Notes: generated from the sequence alone by a model not told the origin. Shown: positions 1-12,918, numbered from the whole stretch's first letter. The stretch: DNA of 60,491 nt, filler included, from Sphacelaria rigidula (GCA_964200075.2; 9 parts of 9 records of this genome joined end to end with filler, not necessarily neighbours in it), one strand, 5' to 3'. Made by a program: numbers and translations.

Positions 1-963
1 GGGGGGGGAGGGGGGGGGTGTGATCCCCCACGGAGTTTTTTTTGCGGGGGCCCGCTGGTGTGGTGGTGGGGAGCGCCCCCCCCCCCCCCCCCCCCCCCTT
101 TCATTCAGCGGCGGTTCCGTGCGTTACCACGTTGGTTTGCAGGTCACACCGATATACCCAACTCGGGCTGATTTGGTAAACTTGATAAGTCATGGTGTGG
201 CATGCAAAGGCAGAATTTACTGCTGGCCCAGCTCGTACTTGTTTTCCCAAGTAAGTGCCACATCTCCTCACCACATGATGAATCGGAACAGTTGTTTTTG
301 CATCCTTTTCAATATCAAACACATCCCGGCGCTCTGCACTGTAGTATGCCCCACAAGGCACTCGTTCCAAGTGCAAAGGGCTTGAAACATTGTAGATACA
401 CATAGATGGAAATGCCAAAAGGTGGAGGACTCGTCTTGCCGACACTCCAATATGCTGACGGAGTGACAATTCTCACGCCCACGTTGCTGATCGTGAGGTG
501 TACACCAATGGGTCGTGGGATATTCAATCGTTGGTTCTGTCCTCGAGGAGAATACAAGACGCTTGACCTGCAGCGAGCTTTCACCACCTGATATTTTTTG
601 CATAAGGTTCGGGATGCGTACATGGCGAGACTTGAGAGTCTAAACGTAGCGCAACTTATCGTCTTGGGGGTGATATACAACGAACATCTGTGGAAAATGG
701 CCGCAACGGGGCGGCTCTACATGCCACGACCCGGAGGATTCAGGATCCGAAACGCACATGGTACGGCGTGTAAGGCTGCATTCAAAAACCGAGTGAAATA
801 GATCTTGGGCTGATTGCCGATAGTTTTTTTTTATATTTGCAGTCGGGAGGCTGTTACCTTACGGGCGTCGACAGAAATCGATTCACCAAGTTTCAATCAA
901 ATCGCAGATCGCAGCGAGTTGCTGCCCAGCCAACCCTTGCGGGTGCGAGGGTAGCAAGCTGGT

Positions 964-1086
964 ATGCGTTTGTCAAGATTATGGCGTATCGCCCTCATTT
1001 TGGCGCTGTGGCTGTGCTGTATCTTCGCTGGTCCGGCTAGCGCAGCCAAGGACGGCAGCAGAGCAAGCAACGCGGGGGACTCTGCG
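964..1086 (+). CDS. Putative first coding exon of a secreted protein (signal peptide)
   Basis: ATG with an in-frame upstream stop. Encodes MRLSRLWRIALILALWLCCIFAGPASA|AKD (basic n-region, hydrophobic core, A-x-A cleavage site). Phase-0 donor GTGAGA at 1087; possible 5'UTR acceptor TTTGCAG at 842. No downstream exons identified. Confidence 0.4.
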
Positions 1087-2149
1087 GTGAGATCACGACC
1101 TCACTTGGTGATGCAACGTTGTACGGTGGCGAATGTAGGCAGACAGGGATAAATTGTGAGGGATGCTGTGTCGCGTGTACAGTACCGTACAGTATACATG
1201 ATGTCGCTCGGTTGGATCCTCTTGTTTGGTGGCTTTGCTGCCTGCACATGACAAGCCACTTGCCAACAACAGCTACCTTTGGACAACGGTCCAGTGTGGC
1301 GTTACAAAGACTGCCACAGTCACTCATTGATGTGTAACAACCCCGCCAGGATTACTCCGTGCAATTCAATAGTCTGTACGCATAGCGCGGTTTGCTTTTA
1401 ACACTTGCCTCGAGCCTCGAGGAAACAACATTGATGCACAACAAGGCACGGTGTATCGGCAAAAGGGACGTTTCAGGGGGGCAGCGGGCGGTGGCGTTTA
1501 CGGTTTCATCCCTCCTGCGTATGAAATGCGTACTGCCGCATTGGTTGTGCACTACTGGATGTATCCAAACACACGAGGGCAGCGTGAGGGCTACCACAGA
1601 CAGTACAAAGCAACGTAGCAGGGGCTCGAAGGAATCCAGGCACGATGGCAGTCGATCATTAACCCGTCGGCCGGTCTCTGGTTGCGAACTGATGGTAGGC
1701 TGTAGTGTCTAGACTGTTCTACTGCACAGCAAGACGTGGTGTGTACATTTGGCGCCAGCGCACCCAATCTGAAGATATTCTTTTACTCTGGACATGCATC
1801 CATACGGCGTCCAAGCCGTTCGATGGTGACTACGTACATCACTGTGGCTGTCGTATACTGCGTGTTGTGCAGCTGATCAACGTACTGTTCAGGCTGCGAT
1901 GGTACTGTCGACGGTGCTATATCGCGACTGCTGTAATAAAGGTGCACCCTGATATCTCGCTCTGAAGATTGCTACAAGTACTGTAACAGTACTACTGCAT
2001 GCACATGGTTGGAATGGACGATACCGTTAGCATAAACAACGCAGTACTGACTGTAGTCTATTGCTCCCTAATAATAGTGTAGCCTAGTCTAGCGTAGCGT
2101 GGCGTAGTGTAGTATAGCACAGTGCAGTGCCCCAGACCGTGTGAAGCAA

Positions 2150-2290
2150 TACGAGCTGGGTCGGTCTAGACGCGGACTCAATATCTCAAAGCAACATCTC
2201 ATCGACACAGACGCGTTGGGTCGTGATCTTCACAGGTTATTATCAATCGTCTGATCAAGGGTCTGTCAGAAATATATTTCGGGACACGTA
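2150..2290 (+). mobile_element. End of a mariner/Tc1-like non-autonomous element (TA + CGAGCTGGG TIR)
   Basis: TA-CGAGCTGGGTCGGTCTAGACGCG. An inverted counterpart lies at ~4610-4723, and the same terminus occurs at 3446, 5740 (rev), 15434, 30903 and 236 (rev). Confidence 0.6.
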
Positions 2291-2738
2291 GGCCCCAAGA
2301 TCAAAAATTCCAGTTTTTGAGGGGGGGACAGCAGGCTGCTGTCCCCTAGTTTATTGTCGAGGCGTTGGCAGATGCGGTCAGCTGCCGTGTACAGAGATTC
2401 TTAAAATACATGAAGACCGGCGGGATGACGGACACACCGCCCCTCCAAGCTCATCACCTACCACGACTACATCTGTGGGATCATGTTCAGTGCCGTGTGC
2501 CTCGACTACCTACCACTATTCATACTAATATAGTAGTCCGGGGAAATTTTGGCAAGGCGTGAGGTATTGTTGCTACTTTGGCTACAGGCTGTAGCTTCCG
2601 TGCGCTCGTGTATTGTACATAAATGTGTGTGAGCGTTGCCGGCATCCAAGGTCGTCGGGACAGGGCGGGCAAGGAGCAAGAGTAAATATTATACGAACCA
2701 CGCAAAGCCCGCCAGACTTTTCGTTTTTGTCAGTGTTG

Positions 2739-3223
2739 AGGTCGCTCCATCAACAGACAAAAATAAAAATCTTGAAAAGTGCCATTTTGAAGCTTTTTTT
2801 ACGTTGTTTCACGCCCCCAAAGAGAGCTAGGCGGAGTTTGACACGTTGGAATGAGTTGGTCTCCTAGTTGAGGCTGTTCCAGGACATCCTCCCGTTTTCC
2901 GGTGGTCGCAGCTTTATTTCGGCCAAACAAGATTTTTTGTCCAAGAACGGTGAAAAACAGTCAAATCCAGAAGAGATCGCCACTTTTCTCTGCACTTGAC
3001 TGTTTATTACCGTTCTTGGACGAAAACTCTTTTTTTTTGGCCAAAATAAAAACTGCGGCCGCCGGAAAACGGAAAGATGTCCTGGAAGCGCCTCAACTAG
3101 TAGAGCAAGTCATTCCAAGGCGTCAAACTCCGCCTAGCTCTCTTTTGGGGCGTAAAACGACGTACAAGCCCCCAAAAGACACTTCTCCAGATTTTTATTT
3201 TCGTCGGTTATAAGGGGCGACCT
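2739..3223. mobile_element. Fold-back/MITE: ~230-bp inverted arms centred near 2980
   Basis: Example pair: AAAGAGAGCTAGGCGGAGTTTGAC (~2820) and GTCAAACTCCGCCTAGCTCTCTTT (~3122). Related sequence at 26555-26832. Confidence 0.75.
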
Positions 3224-3445
3224 AATCAATTTGTTTCGACAATTTCGACAAAACTTTCAAAAAAATCACAAACAAAAAGAGTCAAACATCCCGGCAATTT
3301 TCGAAAAATTAACCTGCCGGACGGGGGGGGGGGGTTCGTGTCCGACACTCTTCTCTCGACAGACCCTTGGTCTGATCAAGACTAAGGTGCCCATCTCTGC
3401 TCAGATGTTGAGGCCAATTTTTTCTCGTTATTTTAAGCCAATGCC

Positions 3446-5740
3446 TACGAGCTGGGCCGGCCCAGACGCGAATACTTCGTTTGCAGACCCCGCCTCACCT
3501 CAAAATTGAGAGTTAGTTGGACTTTCAAATCAGGTAGGAAGAAGAGCAATGCTACGGCAGGGGTGCACTTTTTCGCGATCTTTTGTCTGGTTCAGGGGCT
3601 CCTAACGATCCTAGACGCACAAGAATATGGGTCAGGGTATCCCCGTTTGCAGATTAATTCGGGATATACTCAGCACATTGTAATAATAGTTATCCTGGCG
3701 TACTCTCGCATATTTTCATAAGTCGTGTTTGGATGAGATAAAAGGCTCCTAACAGTTCTAACCTCGGAAAATATTTGTGTACCCCTACCGCAGCATCACT
3801 CAGAATGAGTTCGAAAGTTCAACGCTCAAAATGGAGGTGAGGCGTGCGATTTCGAAACCGGGCCCGGCGAAACTCGGAACAAAATGTTTTCGGCCATTTT
3901 CCGGCTCAGGCTTGATACCTGTGTTTTGAAGCTTTGTTTAGGACTTCGCTAGGCCATATTGAAAGAAAAAAGGAGAAATGTTCATTTTTGTAATTTTTTT
4001 TCACTTGTTTAGGACGTTTTAGTTTGGTACAGTCCATATTATCACGAAAACGCCCATACATCTCCCCCCCCTTCCCCCCAATAAATTAAGGCCCATTGTT
4101 TTTTCAGCACGCGTTTGCGATTCTCCACGATGAAATATCAATCACAATTCTAATAATCGTGCTGAAAAACTGAGACGAGTCCGAGAGCATTGACCATTCT
4201 CCCTTAACACTCTCCTCGAAAAACGAAAAAAACAGAGCTGTTTTCTTTTTTTTCATTTTGCACGAGTGATTCTCCATACGATTTATCAAGCACGACCCTC
4301 AAAAACTTGGGCGCGATATCCAGATTTGGTGCATTTCGTGCCTCTGCTCGTAACATTTCGACCTTGGTCTGGAACCTTATGTGCGTCATATCTCGAGATG
4401 GATAACGAAGTAGGCGAAGGTGAGGGTATCGATCGTTACTCCGTGCTCCAGGGAATGTCCACACCAAAAATCGTCGTCATCCGCAGTGCATAACGTTCGA
4501 GGGGTCATTAAGACTTGAGTATGGACGCTATCTCAATACGGTATAGGAATTACTGGACATGACGTTTAATCAACCAGAAAAAAAATGGCCCAGAGTTTTC
4601 AGAAGATGAGCACCTTCCCCTTGGTCAGACGATTCAAACGATTTGCGGATCACGGCCTAACTCGTCTGAGTCGATGAGATAATGCTTCGAGAGCTGAAGT
4701 CCGCGTCTAGGCCGGCCCACTCGTGGTGATTCCTATTCAGTACGGAGGTAGCGTCCGTACGAAAGTCTAGATGAAACCCCGAACGATGCATATAGCCAAC
4801 GATGCCGATTTTTGGTATGAACATTCCGTGGAACACGGAGAAACGATCGATACCCTCACCTCCGCCTCATTCGTTATCCATCTTGAGATATTGCGCACCC
4901 AAGGTTGCATTTTAAAATCAAAATATTACGAGCAGAGGCACTAAATGCGGTAAATCTGGATATACGTCGCGTCTCAGTTTTTGAGAGGAGGGCTTCAAAA
5001 CTTCGTATAGAGAATCGCTCGTGCGTAATCAAATGAAAATCAGTTCTTTTTTCATCTTTTTATTTACGTTGGAGGAGTTATTAGAAAAAAGGGACAATGC
5101 TCTCGAACCCTGTTTATGTGTTTTTCAGCACAATTTTTAGATTTGTGATTTGAAACGCAGCACGAAGAAGGGCATAGGTATGCCGAAGAAAAAACAAAAA
5201 TGGGCATTCGTTTTTTTGGAGGGAGGAGACGTATGTGTGGGCGTTCTCGTAAAAATATCATGATCTTTGCTGTACTAAAACGTCCTGAACAGGTGGAAAA
5301 AAACACTTTTTTTTTATGTTCATTATGGCCTAGCGAGATCCCGCACAAAATTTCAACTGACAAGTACCAAACCTGGGCCGGTGATTGGCCTAGAAAATCT
5401 GTTTCGAATTTCCCCCGGCCCGGTTTCCAAATCGCCGCGTCTCACCTCAAGTTTATGAGTTGGACTTTCAACTTTGGTGAGGAGATAGGGGATGCTGAAA
5501 ATGATGTCGGGATAAAACCATCTATAATATTTTTTCGTGAGTCAGCGTCAGTTTTCTGAAACCTAGGTACTGATTATTGCTATTCGCGCATGGGATAAAA
5601 AATCTTTTCGTTGGGAAGAATAGTGTTTCATCATGCCCCAAATATATTCTCCGTACCAAATTTGAAAGTTAAACTTTCAAACTGGAGGCGAGGCGGGGTC
5701 TGCAAAGCACAAATTCGTGTCTAGGCTGGCCCAGCTCGTA
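3446..5740. mobile_element. ~2.3-kb non-autonomous mariner-like fold-back element with TA at both ends
   Basis: TA-CGAGCTGGGCCGGCCCAGAC ... GTCTAGGCTGGCCCAGCTCG-TA. The internal arms are diverged inverted copies (3840-4070 vs 5220-5450; 4320-4480 vs 4800-4960). No transposase ORF. Confidence 0.75.
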
Positions 5741-6295
5741 TCCCCCCCTCGTCGCCAACTAATGCTAGCTACCGCCGACACTACTGCTCATGTGGACGCG
5801 CTGTTTTGTTCTACTGCACGGGGAGTACAGTACGGTACAGTAGGCACGGTACAGTAGGGTACAGTCTAAATTGTATCCAACGATGTGTCGCACTGGCTGC
5901 ACCGCCGGCTGTACTGCGATCTTTCCCCGGCCGTACGGTGCTCCTGGACACACCCAACATGCCTCCTGCTATTTTTTATTTTCAGACGAGTTTCATCAGG
6001 GATGCACAGGGGTGCGCAGGAATGCCCGAAAAAGTGATTATCACACACCTACCCACCCTCTTCTTTTGGACGTCTCAGGGGGGGGAGGTGTTAGACCATC
6101 ATCGCCCTCCCTGATGTGTGAGTGTGTGCGGTTAGTAACCGATCCACATACCCCCCAGATACGTGGGTGCAGGTATGGAAAAATAAAATAATGATACAAA
6201 AACAAAATAAGAGTAAAGAAAAAAGGAAATACATGAATTAAAATGAATTAAAAATACAAATGAAATGAATAAAATGCAGTAAACATACATATAAT

Positions 6296-6512
6296 GCACA
6301 CTCGGCTATTTGGCTACCCTCAAAATTCTTCCAGGGCGGTCAATTTTCGAGCTTCCTGAGGGTTTAAAAGCCCCCAGAGCAATTAAATGCCTCCAGAGGG
6401 GTAGGCTTTTGTTTCCTCCAGAGGGATGAAATGCCTCTGGAGGCTTGTTTTGCCTCGGAGGGCCGCGCATCCCTCCGGAGGCATTTTGGGTTGAGCAAAA
6501 TGGCCGCGTGTG
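6296..6512. mobile_element. MITE with CACAC-type termini and CCTC(T/C)(A/G)GAGG internal repeats
   Basis: CACACTCGGCTATTT ... AAATGGCCGCGTGTG. Same termini and internal motifs as 30995-32487. Confidence 0.5.
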
Positions 6513-6580
6513 TGATGAACAAATCAAATAAAAAGATGAAATAAAACAAATGAAAATAACCAGGGCTATAAAAGCCGGTC

Positions 6581-6633
6581 GCCCCGGTGGCTCAGTTGGT
6601 AACCTCGTAACCTTCTGATGGTTGAGTTGCGGG
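6581..6633 (+). other. tRNA-derived head (SINE or tRNA pseudogene), truncated by contig end
   Basis: GCCCCGG-TGGCTCAGTTGG (Pol III A-box) and an anticodon-like arm TAACC-TTCTGAT-GGTTG. The D-stem is broken and the sequence stops just before the expected GTTCG B-box. Confidence 0.5.
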
Positions 6634-6733
6634 NNNNNNNNNNNNNNNNNNNNNNNNNNNNNNNNNNNNNNNNNNNNTTAATTAATTAANNNNNNNNNNN
6701 NNNNNNNNNNNNNNNNNNNNNNNNNNNNNNNNN
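6634..6733. other. Artificial contig spacer (N44-TTAATTAATTAA-N44); also at 13367, 20100, 26833, 33566, 40298, 47030, 53761
   Basis: Eight identical 100-bp spacers with stops in all six frames. The segments between them are 6633 (x5), 6632 (x2) and 6631 (x2) bp. Confidence 0.97.
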
Positions 6734-7114
6734 GCCGTCCCATGTGTTGCTTGCCTTAGTCGTTTGACCATTGACCACGCATTCCTTTCGAGACGGAGCA
6801 CCGTTTTGCGAGGGGCGGGGCGAAGATAAATTTTCGTATAAACTCTGACCCGCGCCGTTCATCAGGCCAAGCTTCAGCGATATAAGCGCATAGTTGTGTC
6901 ACGCTCCCGAACATGGTGATCTGCTGCACACGAACGTAACGCAAAGGTGCCCAGCCTACCGCTGTTCTTGTGATTGACTGTCCTCCTACTGTTGCTTACG
7001 TCGCTCTCGTCTCAGAAAGTTTCGGCTGTCGCACATTTTCTGTCCAACATAACTCCGGGAGCATTTTCCCCCTTGCCTACCACCTCTTGCCACACTGCTG
7101 CCAATACATTGCAG

Positions 7115-10100
7115 GACATCGTATAGCTCGCTCACACAGTCACGTTCGGATCTGCCGGATGAGATCGGAGCTATGATGTGGGTCGCGCAGTACAAACCCA
7201 GCATGTCAACGTATATTCCGCTCTATGTCGGCATCGAAGAGGTGAGGTCTGTCACTGTGCGTCCAAGTGTCCCAGAGAGAACCGACGCTTTCGAATCGTT
7301 CTAATTTTCTGGCTTGCCTCCACAGGGATCGATGCCGTGGCAATGTATGAACAGTGTTTCCATGATTGTCGGCACACGTGGGCACGTGTCTACAGAGTAC
7401 GAGTGAGTACAAGTATACCATATGCAACAGTTTTGTGTGTTGCAATGCTCGGTCAGTTTGCGTTGTAGAGCTACAACTGCGTGCACGATACCCGTGCTAA
7501 AATCTTGGAAACTGCCTCACACGACTGCCCCCCGAATCCGTGAAACCGACCTTCACCGTGCATTTTCCCGTTCCAGGTCCCTCAACCGTACACCATCGGC
7601 TCCCTGCTACGGTTCAGCAAGGAAGCGTCGTACTGGGCCTTCAGTGTGGTGGGCAACTGGGCGGAACGCTACCGTATGTTCGCGCACGTCGACGTCAAGG
7701 CTCAGCAAGAAGCTCTGGAGAAACCTCTCTTCGACAAGCAGGTGCGGCGCATAGCTATGCAGGTGTTGTACAAGTGTACGATTACCTTGCGACTGCAAGC
7801 AGGGAAATCTGTGCCACAACACTTCTTGTGTAGAATAATTGTGTTTGCTTACTCAGGATGCCGCGCCGTGTCTCGAGTTGTTGAGTAGTGGAGGTGATCG
7901 AAGTAGCGCTAGTAAAGACTGGATCGTCATTTCTCCGGGTTGAAAACACGGTAATTTACACGTGAATACAACCGGCGACTCTAAAATGGAGCAATGATCG
8001 CCAGGATCACTCTCGAGGAGGAATGTCAATAGTCACCTCCGCAGTATTGAACCCACCCTTCATTTCTACCCTCCGCTGCCGCCGGTGGGGCTCTACGGCA
8101 GTAATTTTCCACAGCGCGAGAAACGCAAGCATCTCCACTGGAAGTGTCTATTTTCGCAGGTGTACACCAAAATGTGTGCATCCGCCATGGAAGGGCGTGC
8201 CGAAAGTTTGCTCAAGTTGCCCAATCAACGCGCATTGTGTGCTGGAAACATTCGACGCTATCTTTGGTTATATTTATTCTCCGTACGTTGTAGTCAGTGT
8301 TGCGCATCTATCCACGCTTTCAATATACCACTGTATACTTGTTCAACAGGAAGAACTAGAGAAGAAGGCAGCTGGTTTGGTTGAGAGCGGTGATGTGGAA
8401 GATGCCATGGCGCTTCTTACAGCTCACTCGAACTCTTCCGCGGTCGCAGCCGTGTCCGCCTACCACACTCTTTTTAACACGCTCGTGGCTAGATACCACG
8501 ACGGAGCCCAGATGCCGGTAAGTTCATTCGTATCTTACACGCCAAGAAGCACTACGGATCTACTAGAGGACGTAGAGTCTATTTCACTGGTTCGCCTTGT
8601 GTGATATTCGAACGTGGTTATGGTAGGGTACCCCGAGGTATTTGGAGGGTGAGTATACATTCGGCAATCGATACCCTGGAGTACTCAGCATTCTCGGGAA
8701 GCGCTGTCCTGCGTGTCCCGCAGTACTCAATATTCCCGCGGGTCCTTACGTTGCGCATCCTAGAGCTTTGTGACTGTGAAATAGGGAATAGGAGGGAGGG
8801 GGGGGGGGCGTACTCATTTGTTGCTTGCCCCAGTCGTTTGACCATCGACCACGCATCCCCGTCAAAATGGAGCACCGTTCCTCCTCCCAATAGAGACACC
8901 CCCAACATTTCGAAGCACATTACTTTTCCTATACATTACACAAATGTTTTTTCCTATCTTATCCCTGTCCTGCACCTCCGTCTTTGGCGATCTTTCTGCT
9001 AGTATAGCCATCGTTGTTTCGCTACTGTCTAGTGCATCAAACGATTTCATGCCACCTTCGGTCACGTCCCGCATTTCGCCCTCTAGCACGTCCCGTTCGT
9101 CCTTGTATGGTTCACATTTTGCCACTATATGAGTTTTACGATCTGTTGCTTTGCGACAGGGGTAATTCTGTGCATCTACTCCCCCTCCGCTTGACTACTG
9201 GTATATCCGTTTCTTCTTTTTGGCAGGTCCAGGTCCCCCACCCGAAATCGCAGTTTCAATCTCTTAGCGGAGTCCTTTGGGCAGTGCAGATATGTTTTCA
9301 TTTCTATCCCCTCTGTCAACCCCCCCGTAAACCCTGAGTTGCTCTTCCTCGTCTACTTTCCGCCTTTGCGCTTCTTATCCCCTTATTTCTGTGATGTCTC
9401 ATACTTTTGACTTGTACCCGCCGCATTCACCTATTATGGACATTATCTCGTCTTCGTTTCCTCAGATCTCCTTCCATAATTCCTCGTCTACTCTATCCCA
9501 CCTTATTCCAGCCCGCCCTTTCGTCATTTTCTTCCATCCAGCCCTATCAACTATGGCTGGCAATCTCGTTTTTGTCATGTTCTTTACGCCGTATTGCCAT
9601 TTCAGTTTTCTCATGCCTCTGTTAGTCTTAAGTGGGTACATTCCCAAGTCTTCCCTCAATGCTGTATCACTCGTCGTTTTTGAGCATCCACGTATGTTCT
9701 TAGCTGCTTTCATTTGTACTGTTTCCCAACTTCTTCACCAACTTCATGTTGCTCTCCCATCTCCTGCATATTCCAGCATTGGTACAATCACTTTCATTAA
9801 AATACATATCTTGATCCTAGAATCTGGGTACAAGTCTCTGAGGATCGCGACCATCCCGCCCATCTACACCTTACCCTTTTCTATTACTTCATTTATGTGT
9901 GCATTCGAAGAACAGTTTTTTCTATATCTCTACGCCAAGGTATGTATGATGGTCTACGATCGACAGTTCCTCATCTCCCCACTTCCATTTGAAATTTGCC
10001 GGGTTTTTCTCATCACCGTTCCATACAAGTACCGCGCATTTGTTTACGTTTGCTGTCAGTCTCCATTTCTAAGCGTGTTCTAGCGCCTTCTCTATTTGCT

Positions 10101-12918
10101 TCTGCAACCCTTCTGGTGTTTCTGATATCCCCATAGAATCTTACTCGAACATCAATCCTGATGCCGCAACTTTCCTCACCTTGACTCCTTACTTTGCTGC
10201 TTCTATTGCTATTATCAGGTAATTGATGAATAGTTTGAATAAAGTGGGTGATAATGTACATCCTCGTGCAACTCCTCGTAAAATATCAAAACATTCCGAT
10301 ATTTCCCCCTCTAGCATTGTGGCACTTATGACACATTATATCACCTTCACCATTCTCCACGTCTTTCCCCTGATCCCAATCTCTCACAACTTTTTTCACA
10401 CCCCAAATAGACGGGGGAGGGGGAAAGGCGGGGGGTTCACCCTACTGACATGCTTCCTGTCTATACGTTAAATACAAACATAGCTGCCCATAATAACCAC
10501 GTTCAACGAACTGGTACGTTGAAGCACCGTACATTCGACACATCTCTGTATACCCAGCACGACGGCGAACCTTGAAAAATTCCGTTCATTTCCACATATC
10601 TTGACGTAGTTATTGGGGAAAATCAATAGTCAAATAGAGAGTTTCGGAAACCGTATAGTCGCACTTTAGGGTCAGAACGGCACATATTCCATCCTGAAGA
10701 AAGGTTCAGGATAAAATTTTCAGGATGTATTGAGCAGGCATCGAGACCGAAAAACGTCGGATTGTTAACCAGCCTTCCAGTACAGATGACGGACCAGTAC
10801 TGGGCATGTACCCTGAAATACTCAGTTTTTTGTGTCGAAACGCTGGGTACCCTGGAATATTGAGTGTTTGCGACAATCGATACCCTGGGAAACCTGAAAA
10901 CTGATTATTCTGTGCAGCTTGGACCCTAGGGGCCCGAGCATACTCAGTACTTCAGGTATAAACACCAGGTACCTGAGGGGTAGGTATCCAGGGTACCCTG
11001 GAATACTGAGTGTTGTTGTCGATCGGTACCCTGTATACCCGAGGTACTCCGTACTCCACGTACCACACGGGGTTTTTCGGCGGGCCGGTATCCGAGGTAC
11101 CCCATGACACTCAGTACTTTGGGCAGTTAGTACTCTGGGTCGTGTGGGGTACTGATCATCTTTGGCTGTCGATACCCTGCGTACCCCAAAAATACTGGGT
11201 GTTTTCCGTAGTCGATATCCGTACGTACCCTGGGGTACTGAGTTCTCGAGATACCCTGAAATTCAGGATACCTCAGCGTAATCTACCCCCAATACTTAAT
11301 TCAAGAATTTCCGTTGAATGACGCCCGTGAAGCTTGGAGAGGACTGTAGAGGAGGGTCATGCCATGAGTAGTAGAGCGGCTAAAAGGTTATGTGCCTTAT
11401 CCGCCTAAACTGAGAATGCTGCCCTCTTTTAACTTAGAGAGAGCATGTTTGCACCGTAATGGTGCTCCGATAGTCATTGCCTAGTTGTGCACCTTTCCGA
11501 AACTGCAAGCAATCTAAACCAACAACCCTGCCTTGAGCATCAAATTAATTGTATGCTATATATATATTTTCCATCGTGTGCCGCCGCCCCCCGGTCGCCT
11601 AATGACGATGCTGACATGATTTGGGCGGGGTAAACGCGGGTTCGATTCCCGCCAGATGCGTCTGTCTTTTTTTCGAGGTATTCGATTTCCGTCGTTGAAA
11701 ACGTGACGACGTCAGTAGCAAAAATAGTTTGTTTGGGAGGCTTTCTCAAATGACACTTGACGCGGTGCGGGAGTGCTGATCCAACCCACGATACTGAAAT
11801 GTAGGGCGTGCACCGTGGGATAGATGGGTTGTTTGAAACCACGGACTGGTTCCGAGGAAGGAGCGGAGTTTCAGCTGGGGAAAAAAAAAAAGTCGGTGCC
11901 CCGTTAGACTTGAAGTGAAAATGACAGACGCGCGCGTGGTTTCCTCGGATACAGGACGGCACCGCCGAGACAGTGCAGTTCAACATGTTCTTCTACCCCA
12001 AGTTTTGGCTGGAGGCGGTCGGCTACTTCCACAGCAGACAGGTACGCGAGCAAACGCCCGATCCAACCAACAGCATCGCCCTGTGTATGGCACCCAGCGT
12101 CAGTGTCTAGTCAAAACCAGCGAATTCAGTGGGTTTTTCCCATCCCTGACGCCTTAACGACGATTTACGTGCAGCGCTTGGGGTATCACTTGGTTCTACA
12201 TGTAGGTAAGGGGGTTCGGCCGGCTAGAGCGGTGTGTGCAAAAGCAGTACAAACCTGCGTCCCGCAAAATAACGGAAACACTAAGCTGTGTCTCTACACA
12301 CCAGCGTCACTACACACCAGCGATACGTTTTTTTTCGAGTGTCGGCAGAGACGCCAGTGATGATAGTTGAGACGTTGCAGGAGCCACAGGAGCTGAGATG
12401 CAGTTCGCAGGAAGTGCCACATACAGCCATTTTTCATTCGCGACTGCTAGCATAGTACAGGTCGATGGGGTCAAGCCGTTGACATCTTGAAAAAGAATAC
12501 GAACTGCCCTGAGAGTGTTTCATGCTTCGTTTACTTCGGAAACGTGTGGTCAGCGATTCAGTCGCCATATATAATTAGCGACCGATACTTTTCACACACC
12601 GGTGTCTCCCGCTCAGTCACTCCGTCCCATGATATTCCTGCGCTTCCAATCCGCCATAAACAGGATGACGAGGCGGCTACAGTGGCAGTGGAAGCATCCT
12701 CCGGTGGACAGGAGGGCGTTAAGCACCCCTCGGGAGACACCACCAAATGTCCTCCCCCTCCAGCGGCAGGGCCACCTGGTGCCGCTATAGTCATAACCCC
12801 GTCTTCGTGGCAGGCCCGTGCCGGTCTAGCCATCGGGGCTACATTTTTTGTTGTTATTGGTATCGTATTGGGGCGATGGTCGGCAACTCGCTCTGGATAC
12901 GCTAACCTCGCGTACTAG
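7115..12918 (+). CDS. Peptidase family C69 (dipeptidase/secernin-like), 3' part, with C-terminal transmembrane anchor
   Basis: Five GT-AG exons in consistent phase: 7115-7241 (TSYSSLTQSRSDLPDEIGAMMWVAQYKPSMSTYIPLYVG), 7577-7741 (VPQPYTIGSLLRFSKEASYWAFSVVGNWAE), 8350-8517 (..FNTLVARYHDG), 11955-12041 (FFYPKFWLEAVGY), 12664-12918 (Pro-rich linker, TM, stop). Motifs match the C-terminal half of C69 dipeptidases. The 5' exons lie outside this contig. Confidence 0.85.
8798..10400 (-). mobile_element. 5'-truncated, decayed non-LTR retrotransposon (RTE/RTEX-like ORF2) in the C69 intron
   Basis: Minus-strand translation with stops and frameshifts gives RT motifs (GVARGCTLSPTLFKLFIN, GLQKQI, ANVNKC, YLGV), TALREDLG and a C-terminal Cys/His motif (THIVAKC). 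It ends in the structured tail followed by C11. Confidence 0.9.
10790..11285. repeat. GGTACCC/GATACCC/AGTACT-rich degenerate minisatellite element
   Basis: Recurring GGGTACCCTGGAATA(C/T)TGAGT and TCGATACCCT units; related patch at 8625-8745. Confidence 0.6.
11585..11865 (+). mobile_element. Probable tRNA-derived SINE
   Basis: B-box GGTTCGATTCCC at ~11639. The body (TTGACGCGGTGCGGGAGTGCTG ... ACCACGGACT) is shared with 35690-35795 and partly with 42725. Confidence 0.45.

Noticed and set aside
143..250. Apparent 108-nt exon (TTTGCAG acceptor, GTAAGT donor, one open frame)
   Set aside because: It contains the mariner-like terminus CTGGCCCAGCTCG-TA (223-236) and the peptide resembles nothing I recognise; probably a transposon end with fortuitous splice signals.
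6678..6689. TTAATTAATTAA palindrome recurring every ~6.73 kb
   Set aside because: Assembly linker embedded in N-runs, not biological periodicity.
9391..10083. 230-aa plus-strand ORF
   Set aside because: Antisense shadow of the minus-strand LINE ORF2.
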